This document shows positions 1-13,900 of a DNA stretch of 64,000 bases, piece after piece; positions within the stretch are counted from its first letter, which is position 1, and every line of letters starts with the position of its first letter. Origin of the DNA: Anaeramoeba ignava BMAN. Lineage: Eukaryota; Protista; Anaeramoebae. The notes below the pieces were generated by a model. The model saw only the letters and a list, made by a program, of their open reading frames with translations. It ran no database searches and was not told the DNA's origin. The DNA lies in contig JAPDFW010000070.1 in the NCBI GenBank assembly GCA_028826165.1, forward strand, positions 186,001 to 250,000. The letters are read 5' to 3'. The position numbers were made by a program, and so were the translations under genes.

Positions 1-14
1 TAAAAAAAAATAAA

Positions 15-1147
15 ATGGTTTCTCCGAAAGAAAGAATTGAAAGATCCGCAAGAGGAGCTTCAGGAACAAATTCTCCTCAACTTTATATACTTGGAATTAT
101 TTATTTGATTTTTTCTTTATTAGTTCTTTATGAAATTATAAGAACAATTAGAACAATAAAGTAAATTTCATTTATTATTTGAATCTAAATTTGAATTTGA
201 ATTTGAATTCTAAATTTAAAATTTAAATATAAATTCCACATTATTTCTTTTTAGACCAATTTGGAAAAATATAACTTCAAGATTTAGAATCTTAATTTTA
301 TCTTCTTGTTTTTGGGAATTATTTTTAGCTTCATTATTTAGACTTATTTCATTTAATTGGAAATCAATATTTTTAATACTTTTTTTTTATTATAATATAC
401 CAGTTTGGTTTGAATTTTGCACGTAAATTTAAGAAGAAAAAAAGTGATTGAATATTCCAAATTCAAAAAATATTTATTTTCAATATTCCAAAAAAAAATA
501 GATTCTCTTTATATTTTCTTTATATTGCTAAAACACTTCAGTTGATAGAAGGGAAACAAACAAGAATCAAAAAACATCTTGATTTGATTTTTTCAATTAT
601 AATTATTGGCAATCTTATTTTAATAATCATTGTTTGCTATTTTGATGCAGAAAATTTGAAAGATGAAACAAAATATAAAGGAATAGATAAAGTGCAAACC
701 TTATATTTGCTAATATTGCTCTTATTCCTAATTTTATTATTTATAATTATGGGAATAAAATATTATAAAAAATTTGGAGATTATCTTTTAGTTAAAATAC
801 AAAAAGAAAGAATTAAATACATTATGATTTTGATTATAATTGATGGTTTGATTTTTATTACTTTCCTTATTTGGTCTATATTTGGTGCTTTTAATGCAAA
901 TTCACTCTCAAATAATTCAAGAAAGAGTTTGGACAATGAAGAATATTCAAAATATGATACTTTTATTCTTTTTGATTTATTTTTTGATTTAACTCCTGCT
1001 TTTGTTTTATTTATTATTTTACATCATATTTTAAGTATTGAAAAAAGAATGTTTCAAAGAGAAGAAAATATTCTTTTGGCTGATTTAGATGATGATGGTT
1101 TTAATGATAACAAAAATGAATATAAATTATTTGATATTAAAAATTAA
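15..1147 (+). CDS. GPR137/TOM1(THH1)-like 7TM membrane protein, copy 1 (exons 15-160, 255-422, 502-1147; ~319 aa)
   Basis: GT-AG introns splice in frame. Multiple hydrophobic helices. YNIPVWFEFCTFSLYFLY and FDLTPAFVLFI resemble GPR137/TOM1 motifs. Tail has EENILL dileucine and YKLF motifs. Confidence 0.75.
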
Positions 1148-1273
1148 TTAAAAATTGATTAAAAATTGGTGTGTCTAATAAATTGGTTTTTATTTTGAAA
1201 TAAAATTTTTTTGTTTTTGGAAATTCATTTTTTGTTTCTTTTTTGCTTAATTAACTTTTTAAAAAAAAATAAA

Positions 1274-2382
1274 ATGGTTTCTCCGAAAGAAAGAATTGAA
1301 AGATCCGCAAGAGGAGCTTCAGGAACAAATTCTCCTCAACTTTATATACTTGGAATTATTTATTTGATTGTTAGTTTATTAGTTCTTTATGAAATTATAA
1401 GAACAATTAGAACAATAAAGTAAATTTCATTTATTATTTGAATTTGAATTTGAATTTGAATTTGAATTTCAATCTAAATTCGTCATCTTTATTTCTTTTT
1501 AGATCAATTTGGAAAAATATAACTTCAAGATTTAGAATCTTAATTTTATCTTTTTGTTTTTTGGAATTATTTTTAGTTTCATTATTTAGACTTATTTCAT
1601 TTAATTGGAAATCAATATTTTTAATACTTTTTTTTTATTATAATATACCAGTTTGGTTTGAATTTTGCACGTAAATTTAAGAAGAAAAAAAGTGATTGAA
1701 TATTCCAAATTCAAAAAATATTTATTTTCAATATTCCAAAAAAAATAGATTCTCTTTATATTTTCTTTATATTGCTAAAACACTTCAGTTGATAGAAGGG
1801 AAACAAACAAGAATCAAAAAACATCTTGATTTGATTTTTTCAATTATAATTATTGGCGATCTTATTTTCATCATTCTTGTTTCTTATTTTGATGCAGAAA
1901 ATTTGAAAGATGAAACAAAATATAAAGGAGCAGAGAAAGCAGAAACCTTATATTTGCTAATATTGTCCTTATTTCTAATTTTATTATTTATAATTATGGG
2001 AATAAAATATTATAAAAAATTTGGAGATTATCTTTTAGTTAAAATACAAAAAGAAAGAATTAAATACATTATGATTTTGATTATAATTGATGGTTTGATT
2101 TTTGTTGCTTTCTTTATTTGGTCTATATTTGGTGCTTTTAATGCAAATTCACTCTCAAATAATTCAAGAAAGAGTTTGGACAATGAAGAATATTCAAAAT
2201 ATGATACTTTTATTCTTTTTTTTGATTTAATTCCTGCTTTTGTTTTATTTATTATTTTACATCATATTTTAAGTATTGAAAAAAGAATGTTTCAAAGAGA
2301 AGAAAATATTCTTTTGGCTGATCCAGATGATGGTTTTAATGATAACAAAAATGATTATAGATTAATGGATTTAGTAAATTAA
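1274..2382 (+). CDS. GPR137/TOM1-like 7TM protein, copy 2 (exons 1274-1419, 1503-1670, 1749-2382)
   Basis: Near-identical paralogue of copy 1 with the same intron positions; exon lengths sum to a multiple of 3. Confidence 0.75.
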
Positions 2383-2591
2383 TTATTAAGGAAAAAAAAA
2401 TTTTTTTGTGGAATAAATTAATTCCTTTTTTTTTTGAAATAATAATAATAATGATAATAAAAAGAAAATGAAAAGAATATTTTTTTAAAAAATCATTTTT
2501 TTTTCTTTTCCTTTAAAGTTCATTTTTCATTTTTTCAATTTTTTCATTTTTTCCATTTTTCTATTTATTTTTCAAAAAAAAAAACATCAAA

Positions 2592-3695
2592 ATGGTTTCC
2601 ACTAAAGAAATAATTGAAAGGGGAGCAAGAGGAGCTTCAGGAACAAATTCTCCTCAACTTTATATACTTGGAATTATTTATGTTATTCTTTCTTTATTAA
2701 TAATTTATGAAATTATTCGAACAATCAAAATTACAAAGTAAATCCAATTTTAAATATAAATCTAAATATAAATTTAAATTCCTTATCTTTATTTCTTTTT
2801 TTAGATCAATTTGGAAAAATATAACTTCAAGATTTAGAATCTTAATTTTATCTTCTTGTTTTTTGGGATCGTTTCTAACTTCATTATTTAGACTTATTTC
2901 ATTTAATTGGAAATCAATGTTTTTAATACTTTTTTTTTATTATGATATTCCAGTTTGGCTCGAATTTTGCACGTAAATTTAGATAAATAATAATCAATAA
3001 TTAATCAATCATTATTAAATTGCTTTTAAATAAATAAAAAAAATAGATTCTCTTTATATTTTCTTTATATTGCTAAAACCCTTTATTTAATTGAAGGGAA
3101 ACAAACAAGAATCAAAAAACATCTTGATTTGATTTTTTCAATTATAATTATTGGTAGTTTTATTTTAATAATCATTGTTTCTTATTTTGATGCAGAAAAT
3201 TTGAAAGATGAAACAAAATATAAAGGAGCAGACAAAGTAAAAACTTTATATCTGATAATCCTGTTCTTATTTCTAATTTTATTATATATAATTATGGGAA
3301 TAAAATATTATAAAAAATTTGGAGATTATCTTTTAGTTAAAATACAAAAAGAAAGAATCAAATACATTATGATTTTGATTATAATTGATGGTTTGATTTC
3401 TATTACTTTCCTTATTTGGTCTATATTTGCTGCTTTTAATGCAAATTCACTCACAAATAATTCAAGAAAGAATTTGGAAAATGAAGAATATTCAAAATTT
3501 GATACTTATATTCTTTTGGTTGATTTATTTTTTGATTTAATTCCTGCTTTTGTTTTATTTATTATTTTACATCATATTTTAAGTATTGAAAAAGGAATTT
3601 TTCAAAGAGAAGAAAATATTCTTTTGGCTGATTTAGATGATGATGGTTTTAATGATAACAAAAATGAATATAAATTAATGGATTTAGCAAATTAA
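2592..3695 (+). CDS. GPR137/TOM1-like 7TM protein, copy 3 (exons 2592-2737, 2805-2972, 3047-3695)
   Basis: Paralogue with the same exon structure, spliced in frame. Confidence 0.75.
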
Positions 3696-3889
3696 TTATT
3701 AAGGAAAAAAAAATTTTTTTTTTGTGGAATAAATTAATTCCTTTTTTTTTGAAATAATAATAATAAAAAGAAAATAAAAACAATAAAAATAAACAAAAAG
3801 GAAATGAAAAGATTTTTTTAGAAAAATAATAAATCATTTTTTCTTTTCTTTTCTTTTAGCAGAAAAAAAAAACAAAATAAATATTTAGA

Positions 3890-5300
3890 ATGCCTAGTTA
3901 TATAAAAAATGCAGCAAGAGGAGCTTCAGGAACAAATTCTCCTCAACTTTATATACTTGGAATTATTTATATTATTCTTGCTTTATTAATAATTTATGAA
4001 ATTATTCGAACAATCAAAACAACAAAGTAAATCTAAATTAAAAAAAATTCCGAAATAGAAAATGGAAAAAAAAAATTTTGCTTTTAAATATAAACTTGTT
4101 TACATTTTTTTTTCTTTTAGGTTGAATTGGAAAAATTTAACTATTAAATTCAGAATTTTGATTTTATTTTCTTGTTTTTTGGAATTGGGTTTTCATTCAA
4201 TTTTGTTTCTTGTTTCTTTTAATTGGAATTCTATTTTTTTAGCTTATCTTTTTTATTTTAGAATTACAACTTGGTTTCAATTTTGCACGTAAATATCAAT
4301 ATCAAAATCAAAATGAAAATCAAAAATCAAAATCAAAATCAAAATCAAAATTAAAATTAAAATCAAAATCAAAATCAAAATCAAAATCAAAATTAAAATT
4401 AAAATTAAAATCAAAATCAAAATCAAAATCAAAATCAAAATCAAAATCAAAAAAAAAAATTAAAATTAAAATTAAAATCAAAATCAATAAAATCAAAATT
4501 AAAATCAAAATCAAAATCAAAATCAAAATTAAAATCAAAATCAAAATCAAAATCAAAATCAATATTAAAAATTAAAATCAATATTAAAATCAAATTAAAA
4601 ATCAAAATCAATATTAAAATCAATAAAAATATTATTTAGATTTACTATATATTCTCTTTATCTCGCAAAAACTCTTTATTTATCTGAAGCAAGAGTTTCA
4701 AAAACAAAAAAATATCTTGATTTAATTTTGATAATTATACTTGTTATCATGTTAATTTTAATGATACTTTTATGTTATTTTGATACAGAAAAATGGGATA
4801 GTGATTCAAATTTTCGAACAGCAGATGTTTTTAATTCAATTTATTCAGTTGCAGTATTATTATTTTTATGTTCATTAATGATTTTTATGGGAGTGAAATA
4901 TTATAAACAATTCAAAAGCTTTAGTTTAGTTAAAATTCGCAAAAAAAGAATTCAATCAGTGATGATTTTAATTATAATTGATGGATCAATTTTTTTTGCT
5001 CATGGAATTTGGTCTTTTTTTACACTTTTAGAAGAAAATAAATTAAATGATAAACTTCTAAATCTTCTTGCAGATAAAGAGTATTCTAAATATGATACAA
5101 TTTGTTTATTTTGGTTCATAATTACTGAAATTATTCCTGCTTTAGTTCTTTTTATTGTTTTACATCATAATTTAAGTTCTGAAAGATCTATGTTTGAAAA
5201 AGAAGAAAATTTCTTGTTAGTTGATCCAGATTTTGATTATGATAATCATTATACATTATTTGAAATGAGTGATAATGAAAAATCAAAAGAAAAAAATTGA
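3890..5300 (+). CDS. GPR137/TOM1-like 7TM protein, copy 4, divergent (exons 3890-4026, 4121-4288, 4640-5300)
   Basis: Same intron positions; ITTWFQFCTFT and ITEIIPALVLFIV motifs; intron 2 expanded by (AAAATC)n. Confidence 0.75.
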
Positions 5301-5339
5301 TTTCTTTATTCTTTTTTGTGAAAATGAATTTTAGTCTAA

Positions 5340-6330
5340 TTTTCAATTTGATTTTGATATTGATTTTGATTTTGATTTTAATTTTGATATTGATATTGAT
5401 TTTGATATTGATATTGATTTTGATTTTGATATTGATTTTTGATTTTGATTTTGATTTTGATTTTGAATTTGATTTTGATTTTGATTTTAATTTTGATTTT
5501 GATTTTGATTTTAATTTTGATTTTGATTTTAATTTTAATTTAATTTTGATTTTGATTTTGATTTTGATTTTAATTTTGATTTTTAATTTTGATTTTGATT
5601 TTGATTTTGATTTTGATTTTGATTTTGATTTTGATTTTGATTTTGATTTTGATTTTAATTTTAATTGATTTTGATTTTGATTTTGATTTTGATTTTAATT
5701 TTGATTTTGATTTTGATTTTAATTTTGATTTTAATTTTGATTTTGATTTTAATTTTGATTTTAATTTTAATTTTGATTTTGATTTTAATTTTAATTTTGA
5801 TTTTAATTTAATTTTTGAATTTGATTTTGATTTTCATTTTAATTTTGATTTTGATTTTGATTTTGATTTTAATTTTAATTTTGATTTTGATTTTAATTTT
5901 AATTTTGATTTTGATTTTGATTTTGATTTTGATTTTAATTTTAATTTTGATTTTAATTTTGATTTTGATTTTGATTTTGATTTTGATTTTGATTTTGATT
6001 TTGATTTTGATTTTAATTTTGATTTTGATTTTGATTTTGATTTTGATTTTGATTTTGATTTTGATTTTGATTTTGATTTTGATTTTAATTTTAATTTTGA
6101 TTTTGATTTTGATTTTGATTTTGATTTTGATTTTGATTTTGATTTTAATTTTAATTTTGATTTTAATTTTGATTTTGATTTTTATTTGAATTTTGATTTT
6201 GATTTTTTATTTTAATTTTGATTTTGATTTTGATTTTGATTTTGATTTTGATTATTAAATTTTGATTTTAATTTAATTTTTGAATTTGATTTTAATTTTG
6301 ATTTTAATTTTGATTTTAATTTTGATTTTT
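5340..6330. repeat. (ATTTTG/ATTTTA)n hexamer microsatellite, intergenic
   Basis: Visible ~1 kb hexamer array; generates the spurious IL/DF ORFs. Confidence 0.95.
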
Positions 6331-6360
6331 TGGAAATCATTTTTCTATTTTGATTTGGAA

Positions 6361-7925
6361 ATGAAATCTATTATTGTTCCTTGGAAAAATCAAAATGAAT
6401 GGAATCAAGTATATTCGGATATATTTTCTGAACAAATAGAAAAACAACAAAAAGCATTAGATCAAGTAAGAAAATTATAAACATGAATAAAAAGCTATCA
6501 GAAAAAAAAAACTAAAAATAAAACCTATAAAAACAAGATAGCAGGATGGAGATTTAGAGGGAAAATACCTCATGCTGTTGACATAACTTCCCTATTAATT
6601 CTCACACTTTTGAAGTATAAAAACAAAAAATACTCAACAGAACTTGAGCTTCGTCTTGAGTTGTCAACATCTATAATTAGATTTGTAAATGGATTAGTTG
6701 ATAGCAAGCAAAAAAAACAACATGTAATACCTGTTAGTAATATTGCAAAAGATATAAATTTACCTCAATTTTTTGTGGAGATTAGACATGATTCCACTCA
6801 TAACAATCTTCCCTCTTTAGAAGTACTGCAAAATGCTGCTTATTTATGTTTGGATTGGCTGAAAAACCGTTATTGGGATGTTTACCAAAATATCGTTGAT
6901 TCTTTGCAAGAAAATATCATTTCAAATCTTTCTGAAATGCAATCCAAAATACTAACTTTCATCTCAAAACAAAAAAAAGAAAAACGTACGATCCAAAATT
7001 GATCAAATCAACTCCCAATTTTCTTATCAATTTAATTTTTGAAAAATTTCCAAAAAAAAATTTTTTGTTTTTGTTTTATTTTTTAGCTTTAGAAAACCAA
7101 AAAAAAATCTTTAATATTTCAGGGAATTATTTTAAAATTATTCAGTCATTTAAAAACGATGATTTTGATTTATGCTCTTCAATTGTCTCTTTATTTATAA
7201 ACTCAGAAATAATTTCAGTAGAAATCATGTCAAATTATTCTTTTTCTCAAATTGTTAATTCTTGGATTCCTTTTATTCTTCGTTTATTTCTTGATTATAA
7301 TCATGCTATCACACAACTTATCATGCTTGTTGTGAATAAATTGATTCCTTTCCAAAAAGTGGATCATCCACAATTTAAGATGAAAAAATTTGAAATTTTT
7401 TCTGAAATAATTTCAAAATCAATTGATATTTGCTTTGATAATCAATTATTCAACAAAATTCTCTCCATTTTCAATTTCCCAAAAGAAAATCAATTTTGCA
7501 AATATTTGGAGCAAAGTTTATCTGGTTTTTTAGAGGAATTTTTATTGAAAATAAGAAGATATAATTTAAATTTTGAAAAAATTTTAGGATCACTTGTCAG
7601 ATCTGGAATTTTATCACAAGAATTTCATGATCAAATTAAATTTTATTGGAATTTCCAACAAAATTCTTTTCCAAATACATCTTTTGATTTAATTTCTCAA
7701 CGGGAATCTTTAAGACAAGATGATTTAGGATTAGAAGAATTAGAGAAATTAGTTTCTAATTCAAATCAAAATCAAAATCAAAATCAAAATCAAATAAAAA
7801 ATATTTGGTCATTATCAACAGATTTTCCTATTGGTTTACCAATAGGTTTATCACCTGATGGTTATTTCCCAAATTTATATTTAAATTTAGATTCTCAATT
7901 AATTCATCCTAAAAATAAAAAATAA
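6361..7925 (+). CDS. LAS1: Las1-like pre-rRNA ITS2 endonuclease (HEPN) (exons 6361-6465, 6538-6985, 7087-7925; ~463 aa)
   Basis: VPWKNQNEW, WRFRGKIPHAVDIT, IIRFVNGLVD, EIRHDSTH (RxxxxH), LPSL, WLKNRYW are Las1-family motifs; introns splice in frame. Confidence 0.9.
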
Positions 7926-7976
7926 TCAAAAATAAAAAATAAAAATTTTTTAATTTTGATTCAATAATTAAAAAAA

Positions 7977-10900
7977 TCATAAAAACAATATTATTAATTT
8001 TCCTTGTGAAGTTCCTGCCAAAATAAATCTCCAAACTTCATAAAAACGAAGAGAAATAATTGAATCATCAACTTCAAATGTTTGAATTAAAGAAATATCA
8101 TATAAATTATATAAATGGATATTCTTTTGCTGAGTTCCAACAACCAAAAATTTTGAATCATTTGAAACATCAAAACATTTAATATTTTCAGTTAATTTCT
8201 TCTTTGCTATCAAAGTAGCATTTATTGAATAAACAGATAAAACAAGATCATTTTCTGAAAAAGTGACAAGAAAACCTTCTTTTGTAATTTTCAATAAAGT
8301 TAAAGGTGAAAAATTTTCATTCACAATTGTTCGAACATATTTTCCTTCAAAAAGTGTATGAATCATACAAGTCCCATCTTCTGAACCACTTACAACAACA
8401 TCCAAATCAACAGAAATACCCAAACAAGTTACTGAATTATCGTGTCCATAAAAAACATGAACAGGATTTGGTTCAATTTTTTCCTGTTCTTCATTAAATC
8501 TCCAAATCATAACTGTTGTGTCATATGATCCTGTTGCAAGATATCCAGAATCATAATCCAAACAGCTCACAATGTCTGAATGATTAGTTATACTTTGCAG
8601 TATTTTCATTTTTTCAATATCAATGATTTTCAAACTATCATCCCAATATCCGCAACTAAACAAAAGTGATCTTGCTTGAACAAAAGAAAAACAAGTTGCG
8701 AAACTGCTGATTTTGGGTGAATAAGAATATCCCAATTGATTTCTATTGAAATATTGCGAATCAATTTGGAATACAAAGTGATCTTTTGAATTCTCAGGTT
8801 TTTTTTGATACGCAATTTTTTTGGATTGTGATTGCGATTGTAATTTTGATTTTGATTTATTCACAAAAATTTGTTGTTCATCATTTGCTGTTTTTTGTGG
8901 TTCATTTTCAATTAAATTTCCTCCTTTTTTTGTTTCGTTTGTTTCCTTTTCCTCCTGAATATTTGGCTCCATTTCCATCGAATTTTGGTTGATAAAAAAA
9001 CAAGAATGCATTCCTAAATATCTATTTTCATCGATTGTTAATATTTTGTCTGAAATTCCCATGAAGGAAAAAGTCTCGATTGTTTTTGAAAAATAAACAA
9101 AAATAATTGGTGCATTGGAAATTTTTGAGCTGAATTTTCTGTAGCGATAATCGCTTTTCATTCTCCAATACAAAGTTAGATCCAAAATATTATGAATGAC
9201 TTGTTTTAACGGAAATCTTTGTGGATGTTTTTGTCTGAATATTTGTGATGGCGTTTGTCCAAAATGCTCAATTTGCAACTCAATTGATTTTTTCTCGTGA
9301 GGAGAAGTTATTTTATCGAAATTTATCGATTTTTCGTAAGTAAGATAATAAAAAATATTAAATTCTATGATTGCCTTTTTTCCTCTTTGTTTATATCCAA
9401 ATATCAAATCAATCCATTTATCGATATTTTGAGAAACATATTCACTTTCTAATGCTTCTCTTTGTATTCTGATAAAATCTTCTGGTGTTTTTGCCCAATT
9501 GGGAAGTAAACAATTTTCAATTTGCACTTCTGAGTCTTGTCGTTTTCCAAGATTGAATTTGTTGTGATTATAAAGAAATTCTGGGAGATAAAAGAATTCA
9601 GGAATAAGTTCTTTAACATCTGATGTACTTGTTTGACAAATATTCCAAGCTTCAGCGATTGAATTAAAGACTCTATCAGCTTTATCGAATTTTCCACCTT
9701 GAAGATAAACATGGAGACCAGTAAAGGGTTCCAATCTAACTAAGTAGTACAAAACAATACCTAAATATTTTTAAATTTTAAATTTTGATTTTAATTTTAA
9801 TTTTAATTTTAAATTAAATATTTTTAAAGGCTTGGTTTTGATTCTTGCCAAGTGGCATATTGAGCTTATTGGCTTATCGAGCTAATAAAACAAAATAAAC
9901 ATATTTTTAAATTGAAATCAAATTGAAAAACTTTATTTTTCTTAATAAAAACCAAAAAACAAAAAGATCTCTCCCCAATCACGGATCTTGCGAAAAAAAA
10001 AATATTTAAGAAAAAGAAAAAAATTTTTATTTTTCATTCTCATTTTTTTTTTGACTTTTTTTTTTCAATTTTTTTTCTTTTTTGATGAATTCGAAACTTA
10101 TTTTCAATTCAAGAATTTTTCGATTAAAAAGTTTTGTTGAAGAGACAGGGAAGAAGTATTATCGGTGTATGACTCCTAATTGTGGTGCAACATTGATCAG
10201 ATTCAACAATCAATACCGTTTAAATCGTCCTCATTCAGAAGAATGTGAAAAGCAAATTCAAGGAAATGAATCATTATCCAAAAGATTCTGGGAATTTATT
10301 AATCAAATGGCATCTGAATTAGGAAAGACTTCTATGGAGATCTACCAATTAGCTGTTGAAAGAATCAATTCTGAAATTGGGGAAGATGATCATTTTGAAA
10401 TACCACCTGCTCATCATGTTTTGCAGACTATTTCAACAATTAGAAAAGCAAGATTTCCTTTTGAATTAATAAGAATCCTTTCTGAATCTCCTTATTCACA
10501 AACAAAAAATGAAAAAAAATTTTGGAGATTCTCCTCTGAAGTATTGATTCAAGACAAAAAAGAAATGGCTGTTTGTTGGTTTTCAGATAGTGTAGCTAGT
10601 TCTTTGTTTCCAGGCCAATCAGATATTTATTGATGGCACTTTTTTAAGTGCAGCCAAACCCTTTACTCAATTAATTACAATTATGTGTTTTGATCATTCA
10701 AGTAGAATTTACGTTCCAGCAGTTTATGCAATTTCAACTTCTTCTAAGCAGGACATGTACACATTTATCTTTGAAAACATCTTTAGATACTTCCTCAATT
10801 CCAAATGGAAATTTAAATATGTCACTTGTGACTTTGAAGTTTCTCTTCAGAATGCAATCAAGAAAGTTCTTCCAGAAGCACAGTTGATAGGTTGTTTTTT

Positions 10901-13900
10901 CACTGGAAAAATGCAATAAGGAAAAAGGTGAATAAATTGTGTTCAGAATTAGATGAAAATCAAAAAAAGGAATTAGTTGAATCACTAGAGGAATTAACTT
11001 ATATTCCATTAAATATGATTGAAGAGAAATTGAAGAAAATAAAAGTTCATTTTAAAGGTTGTGAAGAATTTTTTAAATATTTTCAAAAAATATGGATGAG
11101 AAAATATTCACCTCAAATATGGAATATCTCAAGTTTTCCAGATTTAAGCCAAAGAACAAATGGGCCATTAGAAGGATATCATAAAAGATTAAACAGAAGA
11201 ATTGGACATGAAAAACCCAAATTGATACAAATGGTTGAATTATTAAAATCTGAAGAAGAATTGATAAGAAAAAAAATTCAATTTCAAAGAGAGAACTGGA
11301 CATCAAGAGAGATTCCAACAGATAATGAAGAAACAACAAAATGGTGGGAGAAAGTTCAGAAATATAGGAAAGAGGATGAAGAAAAAAAGGATGAATTAAG
11401 ATTAAGTTCTCAAGTAAGAAAGAAACAAGGAAGGAAAAACAGTCAAGATAAGAAGAAGAGACAATCTTCTCAAATTTTAGAAGAACAAGAGGAAAATCAA
11501 ATAATACAAGAAGAAATAGAGAATTATGTCAGTGAATATGAAGAGGAGATTGATCCAAATCAAAATAATGAAAATATTCCATTTATTGAAAATCCAATTC
11601 TACATAACTCTGAACACTTTATGGATGAAGAAGATAATGATTTGACTAAAATTATTCAGATGGATGAAGGAGGACCAGAAATAAAGAAGCCAAAACCCAA
11701 AAGAAAGCTATATAGACATTCTTCTTTTTCTGATTGGAGTTCTGAAGAAGATTTTGATTTATCAGAAGAAAGAGTTTCTGAACATGAAAATGGATTCGAA
11801 AAAAAAAGACATAAAAACTCTGAAAAAAAATATTGTTGTTCTCAATGTGGAAAACCTGGACACAATAAAGTAACATGTCCTAAGAATGGAGATAAATGGT
11901 TTTAAAGGAATTTCTTCTTTAAATGAATTTTGGCTTTCTGAGCCAAAAAAAATTTTTTTTTTCTGATTTTTTTCAACTTTTTTTTGCCAAATGCGAATTT
12001 TGACAAAAGGAAATCGTAAATAAAAAAGTTCTTAATTGGCAAATTAGGGATTTTAATTTTTATTGATCAGATTCTAAATCTTATTGCCAAAATTGGCAAA
12101 AATAGGGGGTATTTTTTTTGATCTAATTGAGTTTCAATTATTTTTTTTTTGCTTTTGGCTCGATAAGCCAATAAGCTCAATATGCCACTTGGCAAGAATC
12201 AAAACCAAGCCTTTTTAAATTTTAAATTTTGATTTTGATTTTGATTTTGATTTTGATTTTAATTTTGATTTTGATTTTGATTTTGATTTTGATTTTAATT
12301 TTGATTTTGATTTTAATTTTGATTTTAATTTTGATTTTTTGGATTTTAATTTTAATTTTAATTTTAATTTTGATTTTAATTTTAAATTAAATTTTAAATT
12401 AAATTTTAAATTAAATTAAATTTTAAATTAAATACCAGAACTAGAATAATGTGAACCATAATGAAATGGTGGAATATCTCCTTGTTGAGTTTGAAAATCA
12501 AATCTGCTCTGAAAAATCTTAAGTCTTTCTTCATTCATAGCTCCAATAGGCTTTGATAAATCACGATAAATTTTTGGATCATGTAAATCAATTTTCAAAG
12601 AGGAATAATCAGAAAGAATCCAAGGAAATACAGGATATTGTGAAATATCATTATAAGAACGATTAGCAATAGTGTTCAATTTCATCAAATATTCAAAATT
12701 ACTCATTTCCCATCTTTGCCACATTTGAGTATATTGCGATTGCTCGATCCATTTTTGAGGATCTCCAGTTTCAAATTCAATAATTAAATTAGGCGGTTTT
12801 ATGTTAATAATTCTTTCATAAACTTCATCTCTTTTTTCTTTGGAAAAATCGATAAAAAAACTCTTTTTGTTGAGCAGAAAAAACTCGAGTGCTGTGTGTT
12901 GATGAAGATATCTTCTTTTGTAAATTGCTTTGAGTTGATTTAAAGGCCATGATTTGTTTTTGTTTTCCTTGGGATGCTTTGGAGTTTCTCGCTTTATTTT
13001 GTGTTTATTTGGCTTTTTATTAGAATCAATCGGGATATTTTCTTCAACTTTTGGATCAACAATAAAATTCAAGTAATCTTTTGTTAAAACAAAGCGACCA
13101 AAGCAATAATTCAATGGAATGATAAGTCTGCAAGGAGTTGTGTATATAAGCTCGAGTTGCTCTTCTTCTTTCTCATTAGAATATTCGAGTTGGTAGTTAT
13201 CAGATTCAAGTTCAGATTCTGTTTGTGATTGTTCAACAGAAATGATAAATTTGGATTTTTGTGATTTATCTGATAAATATTCTTGATTATTATTATTATT
13301 ATTGCTATTATTGTTGTTATTAATATTTTTCTTGATAGCATATTCATCTGTATCCAGAGTATTTTCATCTGGAATCATTTCAATTCCTGTTGTTGATTTT
13401 TTGGAATTTGTTATTTTTTGTTGCTCATATTCTGATATTAATTTATCTGATTCTGAAATATATCTTTCATCTCTTCGAATTGAAGCGTGATAATAAGGAT
13501 TGTGCTTATAATTCTTTTTCATTTTCATTCTTCTTCTCAAAGAATCCTCGGTTTTATCAAGTTTCCAATAAATTTCATAAGGTTCCTTCTCTTTAAGTCC
13601 GTTTCCCCAAGGTCCTCTTTCATTTGTTAAATTCCTGAATATCTTTCGCCAATATAAAACAATGAATTTTTTGTGTTGCCGATACTTGACTTCTCTTTTC
13701 CGCATATTTTCTCTTTCTCGGCGAATAAAATTAACAAAGGTTTGCTGGATTTGGTTTTGTATTTCATTTGTGGATTCAAATATCCTTCTTTTTTCTTCGT
13801 TTGAAACTGTTTGGAAAATATTGAATTGATTTTGCATTTCTTCATGATATTTGTTTTTTGTTTGCTGGATATCTCGATCAAATTGAACAGCAAATGAATC

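Noticed and set aside
4320-6215. ORFs of ILILIL, DFDFDF and KIKIKI (also ~27150-28266, 37704-42273, 55174-56713)
   Set aside because: These are translations of hexamer microsatellites in introns or intergenic DNA, or antisense to real genes.
5340-6330. Possible telomeric or interstitial telomere repeat
   Set aside because: The unit ATTTTG/ATTTTA lacks G runs, is degenerate, and occurs in both orientations throughout introns.
12428-12435. Stop at 12428 as the true end of the 1857-aa ORF, implying the transposon disrupts the gene
   Set aside because: A GT donor at 12435 and AG acceptor at 9761 rejoin the BEACH domain in frame, so the insertion is intronic.
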